From Malacoraja senta (lineage: Eukaryota), in the NCBI GenBank assembly GCA_038087875.1, contig CM075988.1, forward strand, positions 13,642,001 to 13,706,000: a stretch of 64,000 nucleotides of DNA, written 5' to 3'. Both the position numbers and the translations under genes were made by a program. Below the pieces are notes generated by a model. That model had not been told where the DNA came from, made no database searches, and saw only the letters and a list, made by a program, of their open reading frames with translations. The stretch's first letter is position 1. Every line of letters begins with the position of its first letter. Shown here in pieces: positions 51,750 through 64,000 of this stretch.

Positions 51750-52430
51750 GTCAAGAGTGTTTTATTGTCATATGTCCCAGATAGGACAATGACATTCTTT
51801 CTTGCTTGAATGAATAAGTGCAGCACAACAGAATATGTAAACATAGTACATAACGGGAGAGAAAAAGTTCAGTGTGCATATATACACATGCACACATACT
51901 CAATAAATAAACAGATAGAGTGCAATAATAATAATAGTCTGTTGTAGTTCAGAGCTTATTTGTTGTTGTGTTTAAGAGTCTGATGGCTGTAGGGAAGAAG
52001 CTGTTCCTGAACTTGGACGTTACAATTTTCAGGCTCCTGTACCTTCTTCCCGATGGCAATGGTGAAATGAGTGTGTGGCCAGGATGGTGTAGGCCTTTGA
52101 TGATGTTGGCTTGTCTTTTTGAGGCAGCGACTTCGATAGATCCCTTTGATGGTGGGGAGGTCAGAGCCGGTGATGGACTGGGCAGTGGTCACAACTTTTT
52201 GCAGTCTGTTCCGCTCCTGGACGTTCAAGTTGCCACGATGCAACCAGTCAGTATGCTCTTTACTGTGCAACTGTAGAAGTTCAAAAGAATCCTCTTTGAC
52301 ATACCAAATCTCCGTAATCTTCTCAGGAAGTCGAGGTGCTGATGTGCGTTCTTTATAATTGCATCAGTGTGCTGGGTCCAGGAAAGATCTTCGGGAATAT
52401 GCACGCCCAGGAATGTGAAGTTTTTGATCT
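51750..52430 (-). mobile_element. Rex1/Babar-type LINE 3' fragment
   Basis: RLQKVVTTAQSITGSDLPTIKGIYRSRCLKK. Confidence 0.85.
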
Positions 52431-52744
52431 CATGCTCCTGTTGTTGTTGTGCTTTGTCGGTGTAGAGGTCATGAAGTCTGGAGATGCTGTTAACCTGGGT
52501 AAGTGTCTGAAGTACCTAGAGCATTCAATGTTGCCACTGTGCAGTGGTGGGAGTCCAAGGGGGGTATTTTTATGGATAGGATGCTAATGAAGTTGACTGC
52601 TTTGTTCTGGATTATGTTAAGCTTCTTGAGAATTGTAGGAGCTGAAATCATTCAGGCAAGGGGAGAGTATTCCATCACACTACTAATGTTTATATGTGGT
52701 GGAAAGGTCTTGCGCTGTCTGCAGGTGAGTCACCTACCAACGCA

Positions 52745-53210
52745 TCCAGGAATTAGTAGGTTAATTTATGATGAGCGTTTGTCAGCACTGGGCCTGCATC
52801 GCTGGAGTTTACAAGAATGAAGGGGGGACCTCATTGAAACATACAGAATAGTGAAAGGCTTGAATAGAGTGGATGTGGAGAGGATGTTTCCACTAGTGGG
52901 AGAGTCTAGGACTAGAGGTCATAGCCTCAGAATTAAAGGACATTCTTTTAGGAAGGAAATGAGGAGAAATTTATTTAGTCAGAGGGTGGTGAATCTGTGG
53001 AATTCTTTGCCACAGAAGGCTGTAGAGGCCAACTCAGTGGATATTTTTAAGGCAGAGATAGATAGATTTTTGATTAGCACAAGTGTCAGAGGTTTTGGGG
53101 AGAATGGGGTTAGGAGGGAGAGATAGATCAGCCATGATTGAATAGCACAGTAGACTTGATGGACCGAATGGCCTAATTCTACTCCTATCACTTATGACCT
53201 TATGACCTCT
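52745..53210 (+). mobile_element. CR1 3' fragment
   Basis: VERMFPLVGESRTRGHSLRIKG...QRVVNLWNSLP. Confidence 0.9.
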
Positions 53211-53599
53211 GACCTGTATTTATGTGGCTGGTGCCGTGTGATATTGTTCAAAGCAATGACTGACAGGATTTGATGGTAATAATGTCAAATGTAAAGGCAG
53301 GTATTGGCCACTCTCTTGGTCGTGGTGGAGATGGACATTATCTGGCATCTCTGTGACATGAATGCTATTTGCCATTTATTTGCCTGTGCATCTTGCTGCA
53401 TGCAGGATTTGCTGCTTTATTTGTTGAGGAAGCATCTGTGCTCGGACAGATGAATCCACGACATTCTGACGTGTACACGTGCGCATCAATGCAATGATGC
53501 TTATGTATTATTGGGAATTGTCTGAAGAGGATAGTCAACAAAATCTATTGTTGCATATAAAGTCTGGCCAGTTTATATTGGCCCTCTCTAAATATGACT

Positions 53600-53930
53600 A
53601 GAACATCAAAGAATTCAGCACTAGAACAGGCCCTTTGGCCGACAATGTATATGTCGATCATGATGCCAAGACCAACTCTTATCTGCATTGCATATACATC
53701 CATTCCCAACATATTTATATGTCTATCCAAAAGTCTCTTCATTGTCTTTATTGTATCTGCCTCATCCATGTTCAGGGCATTCATCGACCTCTGTGTAAAG
53801 AAAACCTGCCCCACACATCTCCTTTAAACTTTGCCCCTCTCACCTCGAAGCCAAACCCTCTAGTATTTGATTTTTCCATCCTGGGAAAAAGGTCTGACTG
53901 TAAACCCTATCTATGCCTCTTGTAACTTTA
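53600..53930 (-). mobile_element. CR1 3' fragment
   Basis: Reverse-complement CR1 tail. Confidence 0.7.
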
Positions 53931-54294
53931 TATACTCGTTGGTTGATTCTTTGGTTGCAACCCACAAGGGTTAAAGCCAGTTACTCTCGGCTCTCTAAGC
54001 AAGCTGCAAGCACATGCTGGTACCATAAAATATTTATTTCCACAAAGCTGCGCAATGCATGGTTTTCTCTGACTGCTATTCCATCTTCACAACATGGCAT
54101 GGCCTCATTAGTTTCTGTAATTTGATTGCAGACGTTTTATTGGGATGTGGACACATCTAATCATAAACCAAAGATTTAAGGCAAAAGGTTTAATTCCAAT
54201 ATCGTGCCATTGAAAGGTTGTAAATCGAGAGCAGCTGAGTGAATGGTACATGGGAGGTCAATCTCTCGCAGTCTGCTGTCATTTTACAGCTGGT

Positions 54295-54615
54295 TTTAGT
54301 TTAGTTTAAGTTAGAGATAGAGCATGGAAACAGGCCCATTGGTCCACTGAGTCCATGCTGACCATCGATCACCCTTGTACTAGTTTGCACTGACCAAACC
54401 CTTACACCATGCTGAGTCCATGCTGACCATACCCTTGCACTAGTTTTACATTATCCCACTTCCACATCCTACAAACCTGCATTTCTTTGGAATGTGGGAG
54501 GAAACCGGAGCACCCAGAGAAATCCCACGTGGTCGCAAGGAGAATGTGCAAACTCCATACAGACAGCACCAGTATTCTCTGCCGCTGTGAGGCAGTAACT
54601 CTACCGCTGCGGCAC
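54295..54615 (-). mobile_element. HE1-like V-SINE with internal duplication
   Basis: ctgagtccatgctgacc occurs twice; (tttag)n tail. Confidence 0.8.
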
Positions 54616-55179
54616 TGTACTGCACAGTTGAGATTGAAGTAATCAGTTGCTGAGTGTCCCGTGTTTTTTTTAACCACATTGCAAAGTGAGCAGATGTGTT
54701 TCAAAGATCAATTTTCAGTTGACGATTAGAACTGTAAAAGCATCTTGTTACTTTTACCATTTTGGGGAAAAAATAGTAGTGTGAAATATTGTAAATGCAC
54801 TGAAACAAAATGCTGCAGCTGTTGGTAGCCTGAAGTAAAAATAAGCGCTCCGTTGTGGTCGTGTCAAGTTAAAATAATGGAAACATTACACGTGGTTAGT
54901 AGGCATCACTTCAACCGTCTACTTAACACATCACTGCATAACAGATTGATTGATGCTGAAGATGTTCCCTGTGCCATTCCAGAGTGAGCCTGCAGCCTCA
55001 GAGCTGAACAGTAACTGGCAATGCTGTGCCTCTTTGTGTCTGATTGCAATATAAAGCACAATTCATCTGAACTGCCTTGATACATCTGAACCCCGCGTAC
55101 ACGATTTCTTCGAGAAATCTATCTTTCACTGGACATGTGGTTTCAAGGGTAAAGGCTGTTGAGTGCACAATCCAGCTGC

Positions 55180-56195
55180 TCATCTTCTTCATTGTGATGA
55201 AATGCTACCAGAGGTTGGTTATGACGCATATCAACTCCTGCCTCGGTAATGAACTGGACCCACTTCAATTCACCTTCTGCCGCAACAGATTGATAGAAGA
55301 TGTGACCACGCTGGCTTTCCAACCTGCGCTGGACTACATGGACGACAGGAACACGTAGGACAGGCTGTTGTTCACGGATTACAGCTAGTCGTTCAACACC
55401 GTTATCCCTTCCAAACGCATTGTCAAACTTAGGGAACTGGGTCTCTGCTCGTCCCTATGCATCCAGATCCGTGACTTCCTCATTGGCAGACCTCAATCAG
55501 TATGGATTGGTAACACCATCTCCAGCTCGATCACCCTCAACACAGGGGTAGCACAGGGCTGTGTACTCAGTCTACGACTCTAAACCCTCCTTCCCATGGG
55601 TACACACTCCAACCCCATCTTTAAATTCACTCTCAATTCTACTATAATTGGACAAATTACAGGTAAACATATGTCAGAGTATAGGAAGGAGATTAATAAT
55701 CTGGTTGAGTGGTGTCAGTACAATAATCTTGAACTCACCATTAAAACGATCAAGGAGCTTCTTCTTCTTGCGTATGGCGTGCACAGCCTAACGTTGTAAG
55801 ACAACTTGTTCTGTTTGATCTTCTGTTTGTGCACGCCAGGTTGATAGCATTTGTTGAAACACGGTGGACCACGTGAAGGTTCCAATCTCCCACCCCATCA
55901 AGGAGCTGATTGTTGACTTCAGGAAAGCTGCGGGACCATGCACCTATCTTCATTGACGGGACAGCGGTGGAGAGAGTCAACAGCTTGAAGTTCTTGGATG
56001 TACACATCTCTCATGATCTGTCTTGGGCCCAGCTTATTGATACAATCACAAAGAAAACTCACCAATGCCTTAACTTCCTCAGACGTTTGAGGAGATTTGA
56101 CATGTTGCTGATTACGCCATCAAACTTCTACAAGTGTAAGGTGGAGACCATACTGACTGGTTGCTTCACAGCCTGGTTCGGAATTTCGAACGCTT
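55180..56195 (+). mobile_element. Degenerate Rex1/Babar LINE RT fragment
   Basis: MKCYQRLV...LDPLQF and VERVNSLKFLDVHISHDLSW...LRRLRRF. Confidence 0.85.
55760..55896 (-). mobile_element. Vingi/Ingi-like short retroelement, copy 2, with HDV-like 5' fold (55843-55896)
   Basis: TSD atcaaggagct (55749-55759, 55897-55907); ends in gcacgccatacgc(aag)n. Confidence 0.8.
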
Positions 56196-57074
56196 CAGTT
56201 GTTACAGGTCCAATTGATCAAGCAAATGGATTGTGTTCCATCAAACTCTTCACTTGAATTGAGCCTTCTAAATGTTGAGAGGTGAGTAACAGGATAGATC
56301 TGATCTGCCCATGCAGAAAATTGATGATGGAAAACGTAGTGACAGCAATGTCATTGCATACCAACAGTGGCTGCTTAGACACTCTCTTGCTGGAGTGATC
56401 TTTGCTTGGCTCTTCTGTGGTGTGCATAATACTTATCACTTTAAGCTCATGTCTGAATGTTCTTGACATCTTGCTGTAGGCAGGGATAGACTACTTCTAT
56501 TGCTGAGGATCTGTGAACTTGCTCACTTTTGGCCCAATGGTGGAAGGAAGATTGTTGATGAAGCAGATAAATCAGCCAAATCCCAGTAAATGTGCTAGAA
56601 TTGGAGTTATGAGTAAAGGCAATCCCATAATATGCTCATCACTATTTCTCAAGGACGTGGAATCTCAGCTATCAAGCATCATAGATTCATAGATTTATAC
56701 CATGGAAGGAATCACCCTCTCATGAGCATGCCACTCTGGCTTCTATTTAACTAGTATTAGCGTATTTAAACTATTTAAAAAATAATTCATCATGATTTTG
56801 GTGCTCAGAGTGAAGTAGATTCATTGATGTGGCTTGGAGCAGGTGAAGCACTTACAATTAGTTACAGAGGAGTTGGATGCAAGCTGACGATTTTTCCTCT
56901 GGTCTGTAATATTGGCTCGGAAGTGTGTTGCCTAATCTGAAGAGATGAAATTCAGACATGGGATATCTCATGATCGCGTCATTGTCTGTGTGGATGGATG
57001 AATGAGAAAGAAAGAATTCCATCTATGTTGAGCCTTTCACTCATGTTGCAGCATCTGAACAACCAGTGAGCATT

Positions 57075-57280
57075 CCAATATGGAGTTAAGAAATATTTTG
57101 ATAGGTACAGGGATAGGATAGGTTTAGAGGGATATAGGCCAAAAGCAGGCAGGTGGGACAAGTTGGTCGATGTGGGCATGTTGGGCCAAAGGGCCTTTTT
57201 CCATGCTGTATGACTCATAGTCACAGAGTGATACAGTGTGGAAACAGGCCCTTCAGCCCAACTAGCCTCACCGGCCACCA
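57075..57280. mobile_element. Tail-to-tail CR1 3' tail fragments
   Basis: A plus tail followed by an inverted tail. Confidence 0.7.
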
Positions 57281-58261
57281 ACTCTATGAATAGAAACTGG
57301 AACTGTATTACTTTTGCACAGCCCATTATGGAATTGCAGCTTCCAATTATATCACATTATTGTTAATATTAGTTTCATCATCATCGTTATTGTTATTGGA
57401 TCACTTTAATATTTTTCTTGAAATGCTGGACATACGTTATTTCTATAGCTTTGATCCGATCAGAGCATTGATCTTTTAAAAACCTTTAATATTATCCTTA
57501 AATATTTAATAATCAGACAGGAGGTAAGAAGCGTAAACATTCTGCTCCAGCACATCCCAATGATTTATTTTGCGACACCACAAGTGAAAAATCATAACCA
57601 TAGTACTTCTGAAGCAACATTGGCATCTAACTATATGTAGTTCTTACTGGCTGAATTTTTTTCTTCTTTCTTTGTCAGTTCACTGACAAATGTTATCCAT
57701 GCATTCTCTCTTAACTTATTGAGTATATGTTGATTAAATCCAGCTCTTTTAAAAAAAAAAAAAGATGGGGCATTAATCAATAAAAGAAATGCATGTCTGT
57801 GACATTTGAGCATTGCCTCTGTAATTCCAACATGTCAATAGTGCAGCCTATTTTGAAACTGCCAATAAAAAAGGCATAAGGCAGCCTTATGATGCTTGTG
57901 GTAATCAATCACTCTCCATTCTAAAGCAGCAGAAAATGATCTTGATCTAAAAAAAATATGATGCCTTGCAAAATTCTCCAGTGAACAATAACTTAAAATG
58001 CCATGTTCAATACAAATTATGGCATGCCATTCTGTAGTTTCTTTAGAAGATAATATATAACTGGGCAATCTTCTACAGCACTGCACACACAGTGCTGAGA
58101 CCAAGACCTACATGTTCCATTTTGGGTGCAGTCAGGAAATTATCTTGATTAATTCAAGGTTTTGACTTGAAGTAAAATCATTTCAATTGGACCGAGCAAC
58201 TGAACACTATAATTGTCTTTCTTTTTCATTGAATAACATCATGATATAGCTGCATCATCAT

Positions 58262-58470
58262 TGGTTTATGGAACGAGCTGCCAGCGAAGGTAGTTGAGGC
58301 AGGTATTATCGCAACATTTAAAAAGCATTTAGACAGGTACACGGATATGACAGGTTTGGAGGGATATGGGCCAAAAGCAGACAGGTGGGACTCGTGTTGA
58401 TGGGACATGTTAGTCGGTGTGGGCAAATTGGGCTGAAGGGCCTCTTTCCACACTGTATGACACAACTCTA
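58262..58470 (+). mobile_element. CR1 3' tail
   Basis: tggaacgagctgcc...gggctgaagggcct. Confidence 0.8.
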
Positions 58471-59149
58471 TGTACTTGAGTGGCAACTGTGCAATGTTAT
58501 TGTTGCACAAGAGTTAGTTTGAGCTGAAAAAGTAAGCAGGCTAGAAGTTCTTCAATAAGTGTTTCCACTGCTTGGGAACAAGATTCTCTCCCCCAACACA
58601 CACCACTCAAACTGATTTGTGTTCATGCCCTTATGTGACCTTGCATTAAGGTAGCAGGGTGATGATCAGGATGGGGAGGGTGGGTGAGTGATGGAAAGTT
58701 TGGTGTCGGAATGGGGAATAGGAGGGCTGGGAGAAGGTCAACAGGAAATATGGAAGGGAAATGATCAAAGTGGAAAGTTGCTTGAGGTATTAGTCTGGAT
58801 GCTGGATGGAGCGTTGGAGGGTACTGAGGTGATGATTGGAAAGCCTGAAGAAAGGTTTAGGAAAGAGGATGATAAAGATCGAGACACCAGAAGCTGCAGA
58901 TGTTGGAATCTTGAGCAAAATGTAAGCTACCAGAGGAACTCAGTGGGTCATGCAGTCTCAGAGTTTGGGAGGGTGAAACTAGAGGTATGAGAAGGTACAG
59001 AACAAAGCAGAGTCTGCATCAATGATTCGGGTAAGGGGAGGCCACAATGGTCTATTGTCGAGGGGTCAAGATGATAACGAAGGGATACAAATGGTGAAAT
59101 ATGATGGGGGAGGGACAGAGAGAGAGGGAATGCAAGGTTTAAAAAAAAA

Positions 59150-60525
59150 ATTATGGGATTGGGGGTAATATATTAGCATGGGTAGAGGATTGGCTAACAA
59201 ATAGGAAGCAGAGAGTGGGGATAAATGGTTCATACTCGGGATGGCAACCGGTAACTAGCGGGGTTCTGCAAGGGTCGGTGCTGGGACCCCAGTTGTTCAC
59301 AATTTATATAAATGATTTGGAGGAGGGAACCAAGTGTAATATATCAAAATTTGCGGACGATACAAAAATGGGAGGAAAAGTAGGGGATGAGGAGGATAGG
59401 AAGAGTCTGCAAAAGGATATAGATAAGCTAGGTGAGTGGGCAACAACTTGGCAGATGAAATTTAATACTAATAAATGTGAAGTCATTCACTTTGGGAAAA
59501 AAAATGATAGGGCAAGTTATTTTCTAAATGAGGTGGAGCTGCGTTGTAATGCAACGCAAAGGGATCTAGGGGTAGTAGTACATGAATCACTAAAAGTTAG
59601 TATGCAGGTGCAGCAAGCAATCAGGAAGGCCAATGGAGTTTTGGCCTTTATTGCTAGGGGGATTGAGTATAAAAACACGGAGGTCTTGCTGCAGCTGTAC
59701 ACTGTATTAGTGAGACCACATTTGGAATACTGTGTACAGTTCTGGGGTCCATACTTAAGAAAGGATGTACTGGCCCTGGAGGCAGTGCAGCGAAGGTTTA
59801 CAAGATTAATTCCTGCAATGAGGGGATTGACATATGAGGAAAGGTTAAGTAGGCTGGAACTCTACTCTTTGGAGTTTAGAAGAATGAGAGGCGATCTCAT
59901 TGAAACATATAAGATCGTGAGGGGCCTTGATCGGGTGGATGCACCGAGGATGTTCCCAATGATCGGGGAAACTAGAACTAGGGGACATAGTTGTAGAATA
60001 AGGGGGGGCTCTTTTAAAACTGAGATGAGGAAGAACTTCTTCACCCAGAGGGTGGTTAATTTATGGAATTCACTGCCCCAGGGAGCATTGGAAGCAGAAA
60101 CATTAAATATATTTAAGTCTAAAATAGATGGTTTTTTAGCTGCCAAGGGGATAAGGGGCTACGGGGAGAAGGCAGGGATATGGACCTAGGTATGGTTAGT
60201 ATAGTAAGACCTGAGTGATCTCCTGGACAAGTGTCGATCGCCTGGATTGGGGTCGGAGAGGAATTTCCCGGATTTTTTTCCCGAATTGGACCTGGGTTTT
60301 TATCCGTTTTTTTGCCTCCCCCAGGAGATCACGCGGTTCTTGGGGTGGAGAGGGGTGATAGCGGTATAAAGGGGAGGGTAGTGTCTTGTGTTCTGTGTCT
60401 TGTGTCTACTGTTTGTGGGTAAGGGTGTCTGTTTAGTGTTCAGCCATGAGCGAATGGCGGTGCGGGCTCGATGGGCCTGGTGGTCTACTCTCGCACCTAC
60501 TTTCTATGTTTCTATGTTTCTATGT
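59150..60525 (+). mobile_element. Young 5'-truncated CR1 with open ORF (59215-60189, 324 aa) and (TTTCTATG)n tail, inserted into an antisense Penelope remnant
   Basis: QGSVLGP, FADDTK, RPHLEYCVQFW, TRGH. Penelope sequence continues on both sides (~58880-59140, ~60527-60770). Confidence 0.93.
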
Positions 60526-60954
60526 TTACTTGAAGTTTGGCAAAATCAACATTCATGCCACTGGGTTATAAACTGCCCGCGTGAAATATGAGGTGCTGTT
60601 CCTCCAATTTGTGTGTGGCCTCACTCTGACAGGCTCAGGATAGAAAGGTCAGTATGGGAGTGGGAAGGGGAGTTACAGTAAAATGTCTGGCAACTGGGAG
60701 ATCACGTAGGTTAAGGTGAACCAAACGTAGGTGTTTAGAAAAAGAAAACAACGTTTTATTTGGGCTGCACAGTCTGAGGCAGAGGCCTTCAGTTTGGGCA
60801 GTAACAGTGAGCATTGACTGGAATTCTGTGTCCTGATTACTCCAGGTGTAGTTGTAGCCAGTCCCTTGATGTGGCATTGTGCTCTCAATGTTCCAAAGGA
60901 ATCTCCTGGCCCTTGCACCCACTGAAGATTATTTTTCTCAAATTGTTCACAGGA

Positions 60955-61235
60955 TGACCAGAGGACATAGGTTAAAGATGAGATCAGAAAGATTTATTTG
61001 GAACCTGAGGGGCAACTTTTTCCACACAGAGGTGGTAGGTATATGGAACGAGCTGCCTGAGGAGGTAGTTGAGGCAGGTACAAATAAAACATTTAAAAGA
61101 CATTTGAACAGGTACATGGATAGGAAAGGTTTGGAGAGTTATGGGCCAAACACAGGTAGGTGGGACTAGTGTAGATGGGGCATCTTGGTCGGCATGTGCA
61201 AGTTGGACCGAAGGGCCTATTTCCATGCTGTATAA
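60955..61235 (+). mobile_element. CR1 3' fragment
   Basis: TRGHRLK...WNELPEEVVEAG. Confidence 0.85.
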
Positions 61236-62679
61236 CACTAGTAATACTGACTGTTATTTACCATTGGGAATTGCTTCTTTGTTGAGGAGCCGATGCAGAT
61301 TCAACTCCATGGGCAGACAGGTTAAGGTTGGCAGATTTCATTAGCTGAGGACATGAGTGAACCAAAATCTGGTCGATATTCTCAATTACAATTGAGTTTA
61401 TGGATTAAAAACCTAATGGGTCAGAAGGAAGACTTTGTGTTGTGTAGTCTATTAACCACAAAGCCAGGATGAAGCTCCTGTATAAAACTATAGTTAGGTT
61501 GCATTCGGAGTATTGTATGCAGTTCTTAGAGTTCCCATTCCAGGAAGGATGTGGAAGCATTGGAAAGGTGAAAAAAAGGTTCACCCGGATGTTGCCTTGA
61601 TTCAGAGAGGGTTAACTATAAGGAGAGGTTGGACAATGTTGGATTGTTTTCTCTGGAGCAGCGGAGGCTGACGGACTCTATGACTCCTTGAGAGCTGAAC
61701 AATACGGTTTGGCTTATTTCTCTAACCCTAGTCATAAAATAATAAACCTGAGTGTAGTATCTTTAACTGTCTACCAACCTGGATCTATTTCTGTAAGATA
61801 TTTTTATTTTACTTTGTCAAAAGACATAGTTTAATGTTGGGAGTACTGTTGTGGTGTAACAACGGTGCCATATAGCCCTATTAGGGTATATATCTATTTT
61901 GATATGATATTGAAGAGGTATGGTTGTACTGATTTATAGTTCTGTTAAAATATGATACCATTAAAGTATGTACCTTCCAATGTATAATCTTTCAAGGTAC
62001 ATTTCCATAAATGTTTGGAGCTGTTGGTTTGTAGGACTATGGGAGTGTGGATCTATTGGACAAGTAGTACTGTTAGATGCTCACTATATTGCTAATGGGG
62101 TTCAGGTTCCATGGAATTATGGTACAGTTTGTTTTCTCTGGGATATTGTTTGTGGGGATCTTTTCTGAGCCTGTGGGTAACACAGTGTTTCTTTTTGCTC
62201 ACTTTAGTTCTCGTCAGGGTACAGTTCCATAAAATATCTCATTAGTGGAAACACAGGCGATTACAGATGCTGCAATCTGGACCAAAAAAAAAGTTGTCTG
62301 GAAGAACTGAGGGTCCAGCAGCATCTGGGATGTTCAGCATCAGAACAGGTGTTTATCAAGGGAAGATAGTCAGTAAATTAACGTAAGAGAGGGGGAGGGA
62401 GAGCTGGTAGATGATAGGTGGAACCCGATGGGCTCGTGTGGGGGAGTGGGGTGAGATGGGCAAAATAGGGTCAAGTGAGGGATAAGGTGGGAGGAATGTT
62501 GTAACAGAGGCTGGTAGGTTATTGATGGAGCCAGAAAAATAAAGGTTGAAGGATAATCCTTCTCTTGAATCATGCTTAATTGTCTCAAGAGTTGATGATT
62601 TCTTAAATTGGCTGCTAAAAATTTCCCTTTGGGTCTCATCCTCCATTAGATAGCCGATATTGATATTTTAGAGCAATAC

Positions 62680-62925
62680 AGCGTCTCAGATAGTTGAGCA
62701 ACTGCTTCACAGTGCAAGTGACTCGAGTTCAATCTGGGCCTTCAGTGCTGTCTGTGTGGAGTTTGCATGTTCACCCTTTGACTGCATGAATATCCTCCAG
62801 GTGTTCCAGTTTCCTCCCAATACCCCAAAGCATGGAGATAGGTAGGTTAGTTGTCCATTATAAATTGCCCCTAGTGTGCAAGTGAGTGGTAGAATCTTGT
62901 GGAGTTGATGAGGATGTAGGAAGAA
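62680..62925 (+). mobile_element. Diverged V-SINE
   Basis: gtgtggagtttgcatgtt core. Confidence 0.7.
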
Positions 62926-62929
62926 TAAC

Positions 62930-63990
62930 ATAACGTACACAAAAATGCTGGAGAAACTCAGCGGGTGCAGCAGCATCTATGGAGCGAAGGAAATAGGCAA
63001 CGTTTCGGGCCGAAACCCTTCTTCAGACTGATGGGGGTGGGGAGAAGAAAGGAAAAAAGGCGGAGGAGGAGCCCGAGGGCTGGGGGATGGGAGGAGACAA
63101 CCAGAAGGCTGATGAAGGGGAGGGGACAGCAAGGGCTAGCAGAGTTGGGAGAATTCAATGTTCATGCCCCCAGGATGTAGACTGCCCAAGCGGAATATGA
63201 GGTGCATTTCCTCCAATTTCCGGTGTTGCTCGCTGTGGCCATGGAGGAGACCCAGGACAGAGAGGTCATATACGGAATGGGAGGGGGAGTTGAAGTGCTG
63301 AGCCACCGGGAGGTCAGGTAGGATAATGCGGACCGACCGGAGGTGTTCGGCGAAACGATCGCCAAGCCTCCGCTTGATCTCACCGATGTAGATCAGCTGA
63401 CATCTAGAGCAGCGGATGCAATAGATGAGGTTGGAGGAGATGCAGGTGAACCTCTGTCGCACCTGGAACGACTGCTTGGGTCCTTGAATGGAATCGAGGG
63501 GGGAGGTGAAGGGACAAGTGTTGCATCTCTTGCGGTTGCAAGGGAAAGTACCCGGGGAGGGGGTGGTACAGGAGGGAAGGGAAGAATTGACAAGGGAGTT
63601 ACGGAGGGAGCGGTCTTTGCGGTAGGCAGACATGGGGGGAGATGGGAAGATGTGGCGAGTGGTGGGGTCACGTTGGAGGTGGCGAAACTGACGGAGGATC
63701 ACTTGTATGTGATGGCTGGTGGGATGAAAGGTGAAGACTAGGGGGACTCTGCCCTTGTTGTGAGTGGGGGGATGGGGAGAGAGAGCAGTGTTGCGGGGTA
63801 TGGCAGAGACCCTGGTGCGAGCCTCATCTATGGTGGAGGAGGGGAACCCCCGTTCCCTGAAGAATTAGGACATTTCGGATGCCCTGGTGTGGAACGCCTC
63901 ATCCTGGGAGCAGATGCGGCGTAGACGGAGGTATTGAGAGTGGGGGATGGAGTCCTTACAGGAAGCAGGGTGGGAAGAAGTGTACTCCAG
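62930..63990 (-). mobile_element. Penelope-like element 3' part: GIY-YIG endonuclease ORF (63136-63702) plus 3' UTR
   Basis: CNRKRCNTC, NLIYCIRCSRCQLIYIGEIKRRLGDRFAEH, LHPGGMN; hammerhead-like core at 62999-63026. Confidence 0.92.
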
Positions 63991-64000
63991 ATTGGCAACA

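Overview
This is vertebrate genomic DNA, most likely from a cartilaginous fish (skate/ray-like; inferred from HE1-type V-SINEs and CR1/HER1-like LINEs). It is repeat-dense intronic or intergenic sequence with no recognisable host gene. The main contents are: a full-length Passport-like Tc1 transposon with an open DD34E transposase; young 5'-truncated CR1 and L2 LINEs; Rex1/Babar, RTE, L1 and Penelope (GIY-YIG) fragments; a non-autonomous Helitron; several TIR elements (hAT-like, Harbinger-like, piggyBac-like); and many SINEs. The most striking hidden layer is predicted catalytic RNA. Two copies of a ~138-bp TSD-flanked element begin with a minimal HDV/CPEB3-like ribozyme fold. A short RTE-type element begins with an HDV-like fold with an extended P4. 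About a dozen Penelope-derived repeats carry hammerhead-like cores. All family assignments come from motif recognition by eye, not from database searches.
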